From an uncultured delta proteobacterium (GTDB taxonomy: Bacteria; Desulfobacterota; Desulfobacteria; Desulfobacterales; SpSt-501), in contig CAVOWH010000021.1 in NCBI GenBank assembly GCA_963700055.1, forward strand, positions 408-64,407: a stretch of DNA of 64,000 nucleotides, in the 5' to 3' direction. The position numbers and the translations under genes were made by a program. The first letter of the stretch is position 1. Every line of letters begins with the position of its first letter. The notes beneath the pieces are model-generated. The model made no database searches and was not told the origin of the DNA. It saw only the letters and a list, made by a program, of their open reading frames with translations. This document shows, in pieces, positions 1 through 8,616 of the stretch.

Positions 1-611
1 GCCGTGGTCGCCTTGAACTTGAACTTGCCGGTCTCGTTGATCTTGATGCTCACCTTGTAGTGGGTGTCGGAGACCGTGCAGGTGTAGGTCTTGTAGCCCC
101 GAGTCGCCGTTGTTCTCTGGCGGTAGGCCTTGATTTGACCGTCGGCCAGTGCCCGCCCCGGGCTTGACCGTGCCGGTGACCTTGAACTCTTGCCCTACTT
201 GACGCTGGAGGGGCAGGAGGGCACGCCGAGCGACGGCTTGACCTGGACGGGGACCACGTTGCTGTTGCTGGGGGCGTACGTCGCGTCGCCGACCCACCGG
301 AAGCGGAAGTACATGGTCTGCAGCGGCATCACCGCGATCGAGTAGGTGCCCGTGGCGTAGGGGCCCGCCGGGGCGGTCACCTTGTAGATGACCTCCTAGG
401 AGCCGGACTGCGTCGTCGCCTGGGCGAAGTCGACCCAGAGCCCCCCGACGGCCGCGCCGTTGCTCATGAGCGTGCCGTTGAGCGTGACGCCCTGGCCGTA
501 GGTGATCGTCGCGCTCACCGGGCTGACCGTCCAGCTGGTCGGCGCCGGCGCTGCCAGCGCCGGCGCGGCGAGCAGGGCGGCAAGCACGATGACGGCCGCG
601 CCCGCCACCAT
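1..611 (-). pseudogene. Secreted repeat (beta-sandwich/Ig-like) surface protein, disrupted
   Basis: ORFs 396..611 and 195..380 share one frame and are separated by an in-frame TAG (396-398). The N-terminus MVAGAAVIVLAALLAAPALAAPAP looks like a signal peptide. A further similar repeat (KTYTCTVSDTHYKVSIKINETGKFKFKATT) is readable to nt 1 only in another frame. The gene runs off the window. Confidence 0.4.
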
Positions 612-664
612 TAGCCTGCCATCCGAGACGGGCTCGTCCCTGCTTCACCGTGCCCCTCCTCTGA

Positions 665-2366
665 CTAGCTTGGCTGCCCGGCGCCCGGGGCGGCGCGCTT
701 GCCGGCGGCTGCGCCGGACGAGGCATCGGCTGAGTACCGGTAGTGCGAGGTGTAGTAGTACTTGTCGCGGGAGCTGCCGGCGGGCGACCGCACGACGACG
801 CCCATCATGGCACACGGCAAACGGTAGAGCTGGTCGGCGGCCGCCTGGATGACGGGCCGCCGCGCCTTCTCCATGTCCACCAGGAAGATCAGCCCGTCTA
901 CCTCCGAAGCGAGCGCGGCCGTATCGCCGACGGCGAGCATCGCCGGCGAGTCGACGAGGAGACGTCGCACTCGTCGCGAAGCTGGCCGAACATCTGCGCG
1001 AAGCGCTGGGAGGCGACGATCTCGCCGGGATTGGGGGGATGGGGCCACTCGTGAGCACCCAGAGCCTGGGTGACCGAACCGGTGGCGGACGTCCAGCTGG
1101 TGAAGTCCGCCTGGGAGCCGTTGCCGTCCAGCGAGACCACCTGGACGGACTGCAGCGTAGAGACCAGATCGGCGTCGCCGACGGCGACGCTGCTCGCACC
1201 GACCTCGTTCTCGAGACCGAACAGCTTGTGCTGGCGCGGACGCCTGAGGTCGGCGTCAACGACGATCACCTTCTTCCCGGCGAGCGCCAGCGTCACGGCG
1301 AGGTTGGCGACCGTGACGCTCTTGCCCTCGCCCTGAAGACTGCTGGTGACGAGCAGCGACTTGGCGGTGCCGTCGACGTCCATGAAGGCGAGGTTGGTGC
1401 GCATCAGTCGGAACGCCTCGGAGACGGCGTCGGCCGGGTGCTCGATGGTCACCAGGTGGGCGACTTCATCTGCTCGCGCGAGAGACGCGGCACGCGCGAC
1501 AAGCACAGGCTGGCGGAGCAGCGCGGCGACGTCGTCCGGGCGCCGCACGCGCGTGTCGAACTGCTCGAGCAGGAAGGCGAGCCCGATGCCGAGCAAGAGC
1601 CCGACGCGAAGCCGAGACGCGTTGCGCAGCGGCTTCGGCGAGAACGGGGCGGTCGGGCACGGTTGCCTCCACCAGCATGCTGAAGTTGCCGGTGACCGTC
1701 GCCTCGAGGATCTCCAGGTCGCGGAGGCGCTGCTGCAGGATGAGATAGTCGGAGGACCCCTTCGAGCCGGAGTAATTGCGCATCTCTTCCTCGACCGCCG
1801 TGATGGCCGCGTCGATCTGGTTGAGGACGCGGTCCTTGCGCCATTCGACGAAGCCGTCCGCGTAGGCCTGCGAGGCCGCCGCCGCCAGCTCCGGATCCTC
1901 GCTGGTGGCGAAGATCGAGACCACGTTGCTCGCCTGGGTCGTGGTCGCGTCCGCCGGCTGGGCGAGCTCGGAGCGTACCTCGTAGCCGGTGGTCGGCAGC
2001 CCCTGCGCCTCGAGCCGCGCGTCGACGCGCTCCGTGATCGGCGCGCTCTTGATGATGGCGTCTACCGAGGCGAGCTCGAGCGACCGGGCGTTGGGGTCGG
2101 TGTAGGTCTGGCCGGTGAGCGGGTTGGAGACGTCGAGCTGCTGCTCGTAGATGAGGTCGGCCTGCGCCTGTAGACCTTGGCCTGCCGGTAGCTGAAGCCG
2201 AAGGCAGCGGCCGTCACCACCACGGTGACGAGGATGATGACCCACTTGCGGCGCCACAGGACGCCGAGGTATCCCGCAGCGTCAGGTCGTCGCGCTCCTC
2301 ATCGACCTGACGGTAGTCGGCGGTGTCGCCACGTTCACGCTCCTGGCGCAGGGGATCGTGCCTCAC
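665..2366 (-). pseudogene. Polysaccharide co-polymerase / BY-type tyrosine autokinase (Wzc/EpsB-like), multiply frameshifted
   Basis: Minus-strand pieces in different frames (to ~2366, 1466..2257, 898..1596, 665..1048). Together they give a Wzz-type N-terminus (DLTLRDYLGVLWRRKWVIILVTVVVTAAAFGFS after frame correction) and a CpsD/Wzc P-loop (LLVTSSLQGEGKSVTVANLAVTLALAGKKVIVVDADLRRP; DGLIFLVDMEKARRP). A Tyr-rich tail follows (DKYYYTSHYRY). There are at least 3 frame changes (~2250, ~1635, ~1000). Confidence 0.7.
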
Positions 2367-2478
2367 GCCGCCGCGCGACGCCCGCCAAGCCTACCAGCAG
2401 AGGGCGAGGCGGGCAAAAGGTCAAGTCAACGTCTGTCGGCCACTGTATACGATGTAAACTGTCCGCGGAGGTGTCAGC

Positions 2479-2700
2479 ATGAGCAACGTTGTGGCGACCA
2501 GATTCCCCCAAGAGACCATCGATGAGCTCGACGCCGTAGCGCGCGAGCGCAAGCGCACACGGGCGGAGATCGTCCGAGAGGCCGTCGACGTCTACCTGGC
2601 GCGCTGGGCCGACTACGCGATCGCGCTGGACCGGTTGCGCGACCCGACCGACGACGTGCTGGAGGCCGACGCCTTCTGGGGCGAGGTCGAGGGTGAGTGA
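2479..2700 (+). CDS. Ribbon-helix-helix antitoxin (RelB/ParD/CopG-like)
   Basis: Intact 73-aa ORF with an RHH-like N-terminus (VATRFPQETIDELDAVARERKRTRAEIVREAV). It overlaps the downstream toxin ORF by 8 nt, a typical type II TA layout. Confidence 0.65.
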   Translation: MSNVVATRFPQETIDELDAVARERKRTRAEIVREAVDVYLARWADYAIALDRLRDPTDDVLEADAFWGEVEGE

Positions 2701-3000
2701 ACGGCGCTACGCCGTGCGCTTCAAACGCTCCGTCGTTGGCGATCAGCGACCTCTCGACGCAGGAGTGCGGAGCCGCGTGCGCGCGGCCATCGAGGGTCGT
2801 CTGGCCCCGGACCCGCGCTGCGGCAAACGACTCGTCGGGGTGGGCGAGCCTGGCTCGGGCGGCCACTCTGGAGCTACCGCGTGGGCGACTATCGCATCGT
2901 CTACACGTTCAACGACGCCGAGCTGTGGGTCCTCGTGGTGCGGGTGGGCCACCGTGGTGCGGTCTACGACGACCTCTGGATCGGCGCGCGGGTCCCCTAG
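2693..3000 (+). pseudogene. RelE/ParE-family toxin, frameshifted
   Basis: The N-terminal part is in ORF 2693.. (YAVRFKRSV...GKRLVGVGEPG). The hallmark C-terminus WSYRVGDYRIVYTFNDAELWVLVVRVGHRGAVYDDL reads only in the frame 2869..3000. One frameshift near 2866. Confidence 0.65.
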
Positions 3001-3106
3001 CGGCAGTGCGCGACGTGGGCAAAGGCCGGCGGGGACGCACGCGGTGGGTCGCGGCGCGGTCCGCACCCAAGCCATGTAGACTCGGCCGCATGCGGAACGA
3101 CCGTCC

Positions 3107-4261
3107 ATGACCAGCGCAGCTCCATACCGACCGCGGCCGCGGTCGCGTCTCCATCTGCCTCCGCCTGCTGACGCTCCTCGCACCCTCGCGCTCGCCTCGG
3201 CGCGGCCTAGCGCCGCCCGGCGCCGGTGCGGGCGAACGTCGCGAAGGGCCACGCTCGCCGCAGCTCGAGGCCGAGCCGGCGGAGTCCACGGCCCGCGCGG
3301 GCATCATCCGGGAGGTCGACCGCGGGCTCGGGGCCGCTGGGTGCGCGTCGTCGCCGGCTGGCGCAGCCTGGAGCCGACGCGCGGCGTATACGCGCCCGCC
3401 GAGCTCGCGCGCCTCGACGCCCTGGTCGGTGACCTCCACGCCGCCGGCGTCAAGGTCATCCTCACGACCTGCTAGGGTGCCCGGCTGGGCGACGACTCGT
3501 ACTGGTGGTCCCATCCGCCTGCCGGCTTCGCCGAAGGGGCCGCAGGCCTTCTACCCCATCCGTGACGACGCGCTAGGGGCACCGCGCCTCGGTGAGTTCC
3601 TCGCCCGCCGCTACAGGGGTGAGTCCAGGCACTCGAGTGCTGGAACGAGCCCAACCTGTGGCTGTACTTCTATCCCCAGCGCACCGCCGAGGGACCTACT
3701 TCGCCGCCCGAACGTACCTGCGCAAGCTCAAGGCGTTCCACGCCGGCGTACGCGCGCCCGCACGGGCTGCGCGTCGTCGCCGGCGCCACCGCCCCCGTCG
3801 GCCTCAACGACAGCTACCGCACCAGCCCGCAGCGGTTCGCCCGATCCCTGCGGCGGCGGGCGCCGGGCTATTCGACGTCTACTCGCACCATCCGTACACG
3901 CCCGGCGGGCGCAACCTCGACCCCGACCAGCTGCCCAACGACCCTTCGCTCACGGTCGAGCTCGCCAACCTCGACGCTGCTCCGCCTCTTCCCGAACAAG
4001 CCCTTCTACCTCACGGAGTACGGCTACAGCACCAGCTCAGCCCGGCCTTCGGCGTCTCGTCGGTCAGCGAAGGTCCAGGCGCGGTACTTGAGGAAGCGCG
4101 TACCGCTACGCGAGCGGTACCCGCAGGTGAAGCTGCTCGTGTGGCACCTGTTCGCGACATGAGGCCGGCCGCCGGGCCGGCGGACCTGGGCGTGTACATG
4201 CGGCCTGCGGCGGCCGGACGGCACGCGGAAGCCGGCGTGGTTCGCGTTCGGGCGGCTCTGA
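3107..4261 (+). pseudogene. Glycoside hydrolase, clan GH-A-like (GH5/GH39-type), multiply frameshifted
   Basis: Fragments sit in three frames: WRSLEPTRGVYAPAELARLDALVGDLHAAGVKVILT; YSHHPYTPGG; FYLTEYGYSTS (nucleophile-region-like TE.G); LLVWHLF...; [13 protein letters not shown] then stop at 4259-4261. Family assignment is tentative. Confidence 0.45.
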
Positions 4262-4439
4262 GGAGCCGCCCCGCTGGCCGAGGGCGGGGTCTGAGAGTCC
4301 ACGGGCTCGGGCGGACGGTAGCGCTCGGGGACATGGAGCCGCTCGACGACCTCGTCGCAGGCCTCGCCGGGGTCGAGGGGCTCGCGGCTCGTGAGTACGG
4401 CGGCCACCCGTAGGGACGCTCGAACCAGCCCGGCGGGCA

Positions 4440-5048
4440 CGTGAGCTCGGCGACCTCTTGATCACCCGCGCCGGGCTGCCGGCGACGACAGCGCCGGCGG
4501 GAACGTCGTCGACGACGACGGAGCCGGCGCCGACCAGCGCGCCCTCGCCGATCTCCACGCCGGGCAGGATCGTGCTGTTGGCGCCGATGCGCGCCAGGCG
4601 GCGCACCACGGGCCTCCCTTGCAGTCCTCGTAGCGCGGGCAGTCCATCGGGTGCGGGTCGTCGGTGAAGACGACGTTGGGCCCGACGAAGACGTCGTCCT
4701 CGATCGTCACCAGCTCGAGGAAGCAGCCGCTGTGGATGCGCACGCGGCTGCCGATGCGGTTGCCGGACTCGAGCACGGCGTTGGTGCCGATGCTGACGTC
4801 GTCGCCGACGCGATTGTCCTCGCGGATGCTGGCGCCCTGGCCGGTCTGGAGGCCGGCGCCGAAGGTGCTCCCGGCGTAGATGGTCGTGAAGGTCGCACCA
4901 CGGCGCCGGCGCCGATGGCGAGCGGACGCTCGCCCTCGCCGGCGCCCCGCGGGCGGCTTGCCGATGATGCACGGCGGCTGCAGATCGCAGCCTTCGCCGA
5001 GGGTGACGTTGGGGGCCACTCGACGACCTCGGGGTTGACGAATGTCAT
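4440..5048 (-). pseudogene. Left-handed beta-helix (hexapeptide-repeat) acyltransferase, frameshifted
   Basis: [13 protein letters not shown] / [20 protein letters not shown] / [31 protein letters not shown] / [43 protein letters not shown] are spread over several frames (ORFs 4707..5048, 4462..5019, 4106..4972). The 3' end is uncertain. Confidence 0.6.
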
Positions 5049-5082
5049 GGGTGGCGACTGACGCGGCGCGGGTCGACCAATG

Positions 5083-6170
5083 TCATCGCGGCGCCGCGCT
5101 TGCCGGCTGCCTCAGCAGGCACCGCGGCAGCGCAGCACGACGGCCACGGTCTTGAGCAGGATCCCTGAAATCAAGGAGTGGGCTCCAGTCGCGCACGTAG
5201 GCGGCATCTAGCGTGACGGCGTCGTCAAAGGCCAGCTCGCTTCGGCCCGACACCTGCCACATACCCGTGATGCCGGGCTTCACCAGAAGCCGCGTGAAAT
5301 GCTGGGGCTCGTAGAGCAGGACCTCGCTCGGCTGCGATGGTCTCGGGCCGACCAGGCTCATCTCTCCGCGGAGGACGTTCCACAATTGCGGCAGTTCGTC
5401 GATGCTGGTCTTTCGCAGGATCCGGCCCAGGTGTGGTCACGCGCGGATCCAGTTCATCTTCTCGAAAGCGCGGGTCGGATGAGCAGTCTGCCGTCAGTTT
5501 CGATTCTTGAGCCTGGTGCGTCGGCGACCATCGTGCGGAACTTCAGGATGCGGAAGATGCGGCCGTTAACGACCGACCCGGTCCTGGGTGAAGATCACCG
5601 GTCCCGGCGATTCGACGCGGATCAGCAACGCGGTCAGTGCCAGGAGCGGCAACAAGAGGACCACCCCCCAAGGCCGCAATGAGGGACGTCTCCGATCCGC
5701 TTGCTCGCACGGGCTACAGCGTGCCGCACCCCATGACGTGTGTGCACGACCGGCACGTCCTTCCAGCCAAGATCCCTGCAGGAACGAGGGTACACGCAGC
5801 CCATGGCCTCCGGCATGACATGGAACTTCAGTCTTGTCCTTGATGAGGCGCTTGGCGGCACTGACCGCGTCGTGCTGATCATTGGGCCCGAACGCGAGGA
5901 TGAATTCGTCCGCTACTTCACGGAGCTGCTCGCGTGAGTAGCTGTCGAGGGGACCGGCCACGGGAACACCCTGCATCGCTCCAACCGCGTCGCCCGGCGC
6001 ACGAGTGTCGATGACCACGGTGCACGCGCGCTTCCCATTCGAAACGTCGCACTCGAGCGAGACGCATGAGGTCGCAGCGTTGCCGGAGCCGATGATCGCG
6101 TACCTGACTGCGTTTGGCCGCACGCTTCCGAGACTCGGCTTGGCTCTCGTGCGCGGGCGGACTCGGTAGG
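5083..6170 (-). pseudogene. Polyprenyl-phosphate glycosyl-1-phosphate transferase (WbaP/bacterial sugar transferase family), frameshifted and 5'-truncated
   Basis: VRYAIIGSGNAA... (Rossmann-like linker domain), LLIRVESPGPVIFTQDRVGR, then NGRIFRILKFRTMV in another frame (a TAA is created by a 1-nt shift near 5565). The C-terminus is [17 protein letters not shown]...KPGITGMWQVSGRSEL. The N-terminal TM region is absent at the ~6170 junction. Confidence 0.65.
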
Positions 6171-6190
6171 GCAGCGCTGCGAAAGTCGGG
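6165..6190. other. Abrupt junction: the GC-rich EPS block meets a 5'-truncated livG
   Basis: Homology of the minus-strand sugar transferase stops around 6170. LivG-like translation (GQIFLEEYPLVGLNPDQIVRHGIARTYQNIR) starts around 6187 without the Walker A region. Base composition changes by eye at this point. Confidence 0.6.
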
Positions 6191-6803
6191 CAGATTTTCC
6201 TGGAGGAATATCCCCTGGTGGGGTTGAACCCGGACCAGATCGTCCGCCATGGCATCGCCCGCACCTATCAGAACATCCGGCGGCTCCCTAATTTGACCGC
6301 TTTGGAAAATATCCTGGTCGGGCAGCACAGCCACCTGCATGCCAACTTTTATCGGGATCGTCTTCGGGTCGCCCGCCACCCGCCGGGAGGAGAAACAAGC
6401 GAACGAAGAAGCGGTGAATCTGTTGCGGTTCGTCAATCTGACGGGCAAGGGCGACTTTCTTGCAAAAAACCTGCCCTACGGCGATCAGCGGCGGCTTGAA
6501 ATCGCACGCGCCCTCGCCTCCCGGCCCAAGGTGCTGCTGCTGGACGAACCCGCGGCCGGCATGAACCCGAAAGAATCCCAGGACCTGATGGATTTCATTC
6601 GCCACCTGCGCGATGAACTCAAGATCACCATCCTGCTGATCGAGCACCAGATGCGGGTGGTGATGGGTATATCCGAGCAGGTGACCGTGCTCGACTACGG
6701 CAAGAAAATCGCCGAAGGCCTGCCGTCCGAGGTTCAATGCAATCCCCAGGTGATCGAGGCCTACCTCGGCAAGGGGAGTGCGGCAAAACCCTGCGCCGCT
6801 TGA
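6185..6803 (+). pseudogene. livG: Branched-chain amino acid ABC transporter ATP-binding protein LivG, 5'-truncated and frameshifted
   Basis: GIARTYQNIRRLPNLTALENILVGQH (Q-loop region) is in frame 2. After a shift near 6345 the rest reads in ORF 6339..6803: LPYGDQRRLEIARALASRPKVLLLDEPAAGMNP, LLIEHQM, VIEAYLG. The Walker A part is missing. Confidence 0.75.
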
Positions 6804-6873
6804 GGCGCTGTCCGCAGCGAAGCACTCCGCGGCAAGGATGCGGCCGCATCGCATCGAAGAAAGGAATCACGCC

Positions 6874-7715
6874 ATGCCCATGCTGGAGGTTGAGGGCATC
6901 AATACGTATTACGGCAACATTCACGCACTCAAGAATGTCTCCCTGCACGTCGAGCAGGGAGAGGTCGTCACCATCATCGGGGCCAACGGCGCCGGCAAAA
7001 GCACCATGCTCAAGACCGCCAGCGGCCTGCTGAAACCCCGCACCGGCTCGATTCGCCTGGCCGGCGAGGATCTCACCCGCTTGCGCGCCCATGAAATCGT
7101 GATGAAGGGCGGGATCCAGGTGCCGGAGGGCCGGCGCGTGTTCGGCCGGCTCACGGTGAGGGAAAACCTTGAAATGGGCGCCTTCACCAGCATGGACAGG
7201 AAAAAAAACGCGGACAACCTGGAGCGGGTGTTCACCCTGTTCCCACGCCTCAAGGAACGCAGCAAGCAGGTGTCCGGGACGCTTTCCGGCGGCGAGCAGC
7301 AGATGCTCGCCATGGGACGGGCGTGATGGCCAATCCAAGGATGCTGCTCCTCGACGAGCCGTCCATGGGCCTGGCGCCGGTCCTGGTAGACGGTATTTTC
7401 GACACCATCCGCCGGCTGCACGCGGCCGGCACAACCATCCTTCTCGTCGAGCAAAACGCCCGCATGGCGCTGCAGGTCGCCAGCCGGGGATACGTCCTGC
7501 ATTCCGGCGCCATCATTTTCAGCGACTCGGCCGCCAGCCTGGCCGACAACGAAATGGTGCGCAAGGCCTACCTGGGAGAAAACAGTGGGGGCATCCCCGG
7601 ATTCCGGGCGAATCGCCAAGCTTTGGCCAATCGTAGCTTGACACCCGCTGAGAGATCAAATTCGAAGCACGAAACTCGAAATCCGAAACAAGCACGAAAT
7701 TCAAATTTTCAATAG
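6874..7715 (+). pseudogene. livF: Branched-chain amino acid ABC transporter ATP-binding protein LivF, one frameshift
   Basis: ATG at 6874 after GAAAGGAA. Walker A IIGANGAGKSTMLKT and signature LSGGEQQMLAMGRA are followed by a TGA at 7324-7326. The sequence continues in the next frame as MANPRMLLLDEPSMGLAP...LLVEQNA...KAYLGE. The extended C-terminal tail to 7715 may not be native. Confidence 0.75.
7663..7701. repeat. Array of 7-nt periodic units CGAARNN (array A1)
   Basis: cgaagca cgaaact cgaaatc cgaaaca (7663-7690) plus cgaaatt (7695-7701), read directly from the sequence. The array lies between livF and the LysE-family gene. Confidence 0.6.
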
Positions 7716-7756
7716 TTTTAAGTCCGTTTAGAATTTTAATGATTCGGCTGTATTGC

Positions 7757-8373
7757 ATGCAATTGGACCTCTTCCTTCGCGGACTCATCATCGGTTTCTC
7801 CATCGCGGCGCCGGTCGGGCCCATCGGCATCCTCTGCATCCGTCGCACGCTGGCCGAAGGCCGGGCGTCCGGGTTTCTCTCAGGCCTGGGGGCGGCCACG
7901 GCCGATGCGCTTTACGGCTGCGTGGCCGGCTTCGGCCTGACGGTCGTCTCCGCCTTCCTGGTCGACCAGCGCTTCTATATCCAGCTGATCGGCGGGATTT
8001 TTCTCCTGGCACTAGGGATCAAAACTCTCCGGTCGGTTCCGGCGGAGCGCGCGGCAGCCGCTTCCGGCACGGGGCTTACCGAAGCTATGCGTCCACCCTC
8101 CTGCTGACGCTCACCAACCCCATGACGATCCTTTCCTTTGCCGGGATCTTTGCCGCCCTCGGCGTCGCCGACACGGGCGGAGACCTCTCGGCTGCAGCCC
8201 TGCTGGTCTTGGGGGTGTTCATCGGCTCGGCCGCCTGGTGGCTGCTCCTCAGCGGCGGGGTCGGCCTCATGCGGGAAAAGCTTTCCTCGGGGGTGCTGCG
8301 CTGGACGAACCGGCTTTCGGGAGCGATTCTCCTGGCGTTCGGCCTCGTCGCCGTCTGGCAGGCGGCGGGGTAA
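7757..8373 (+). pseudogene. LysE/RhtB-family amino-acid exporter, one frameshift
   Basis: MQLDLFLRGLIIGFSIAAPVGPIGILCIRRTL... (ORF 7739..8107 frame). After a shift near 8075 it reads YASTLLLTLTNPMTILSFAGIFAALG...LLAFGLVAVWQA (ORF 7753..8373 frame). Confidence 0.65.
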
Positions 8374-8427
8374 AGGGGCATGGGACAGAGGGCGGTTGGA
8401 TCGTGGCCGGAGCCACTCAAGTATCGA

Positions 8428-8448
8428 GGGTTCGGGGTTCGGGTTCAG
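8428..8448. repeat. Array of 7-nt units GGGTTCG (array A2, inverted relative to A1/A3)
   Basis: gggttcg gggttcg ggttcag; the reverse complement is CGAACCC-type units. Confidence 0.6.
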
Positions 8449-8564
8449 GAAATAATACAGGTCCACGGAGCCGAAACTTAGCAAAACTCGATTTGCGAAC
8501 AAACTGATTATGGTCACTGCCATTGCATTTGATTTTAGGCACTTTAAGCACTTTCTTCTCCCCC

Positions 8565-8585
8565 TGAACCCCGAACCCTGAACCC
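8565..8585. repeat. Array of 7-nt units YGAACCC (array A3)
   Basis: tgaaccc cgaaccc tgaaccc. With A2 it forms an imperfect inverted repeat enclosing an AT-rich ~115-nt spacer just upstream of putA. Confidence 0.6.
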
Positions 8586-8616
8586 TATCAACAAGAATTT
8601 CAACCCGGAGCGTCCT

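Noticed and set aside
396-398. The in-frame TAG as pyrrolysine or programmed readthrough
   Set aside because: There are no pyl genes or PYLIS-like context in the window, and the surrounding block is full of frameshifts. A mutation or error is far more likely.
7321-7329. The TGA inside livF as selenocysteine or programmed frameshifting
   Set aside because: Downstream conservation continues in a different frame rather than the same one, and no SECIS-like hairpin or slippery heptamer is visible. It is consistent with a 1-nt indel.
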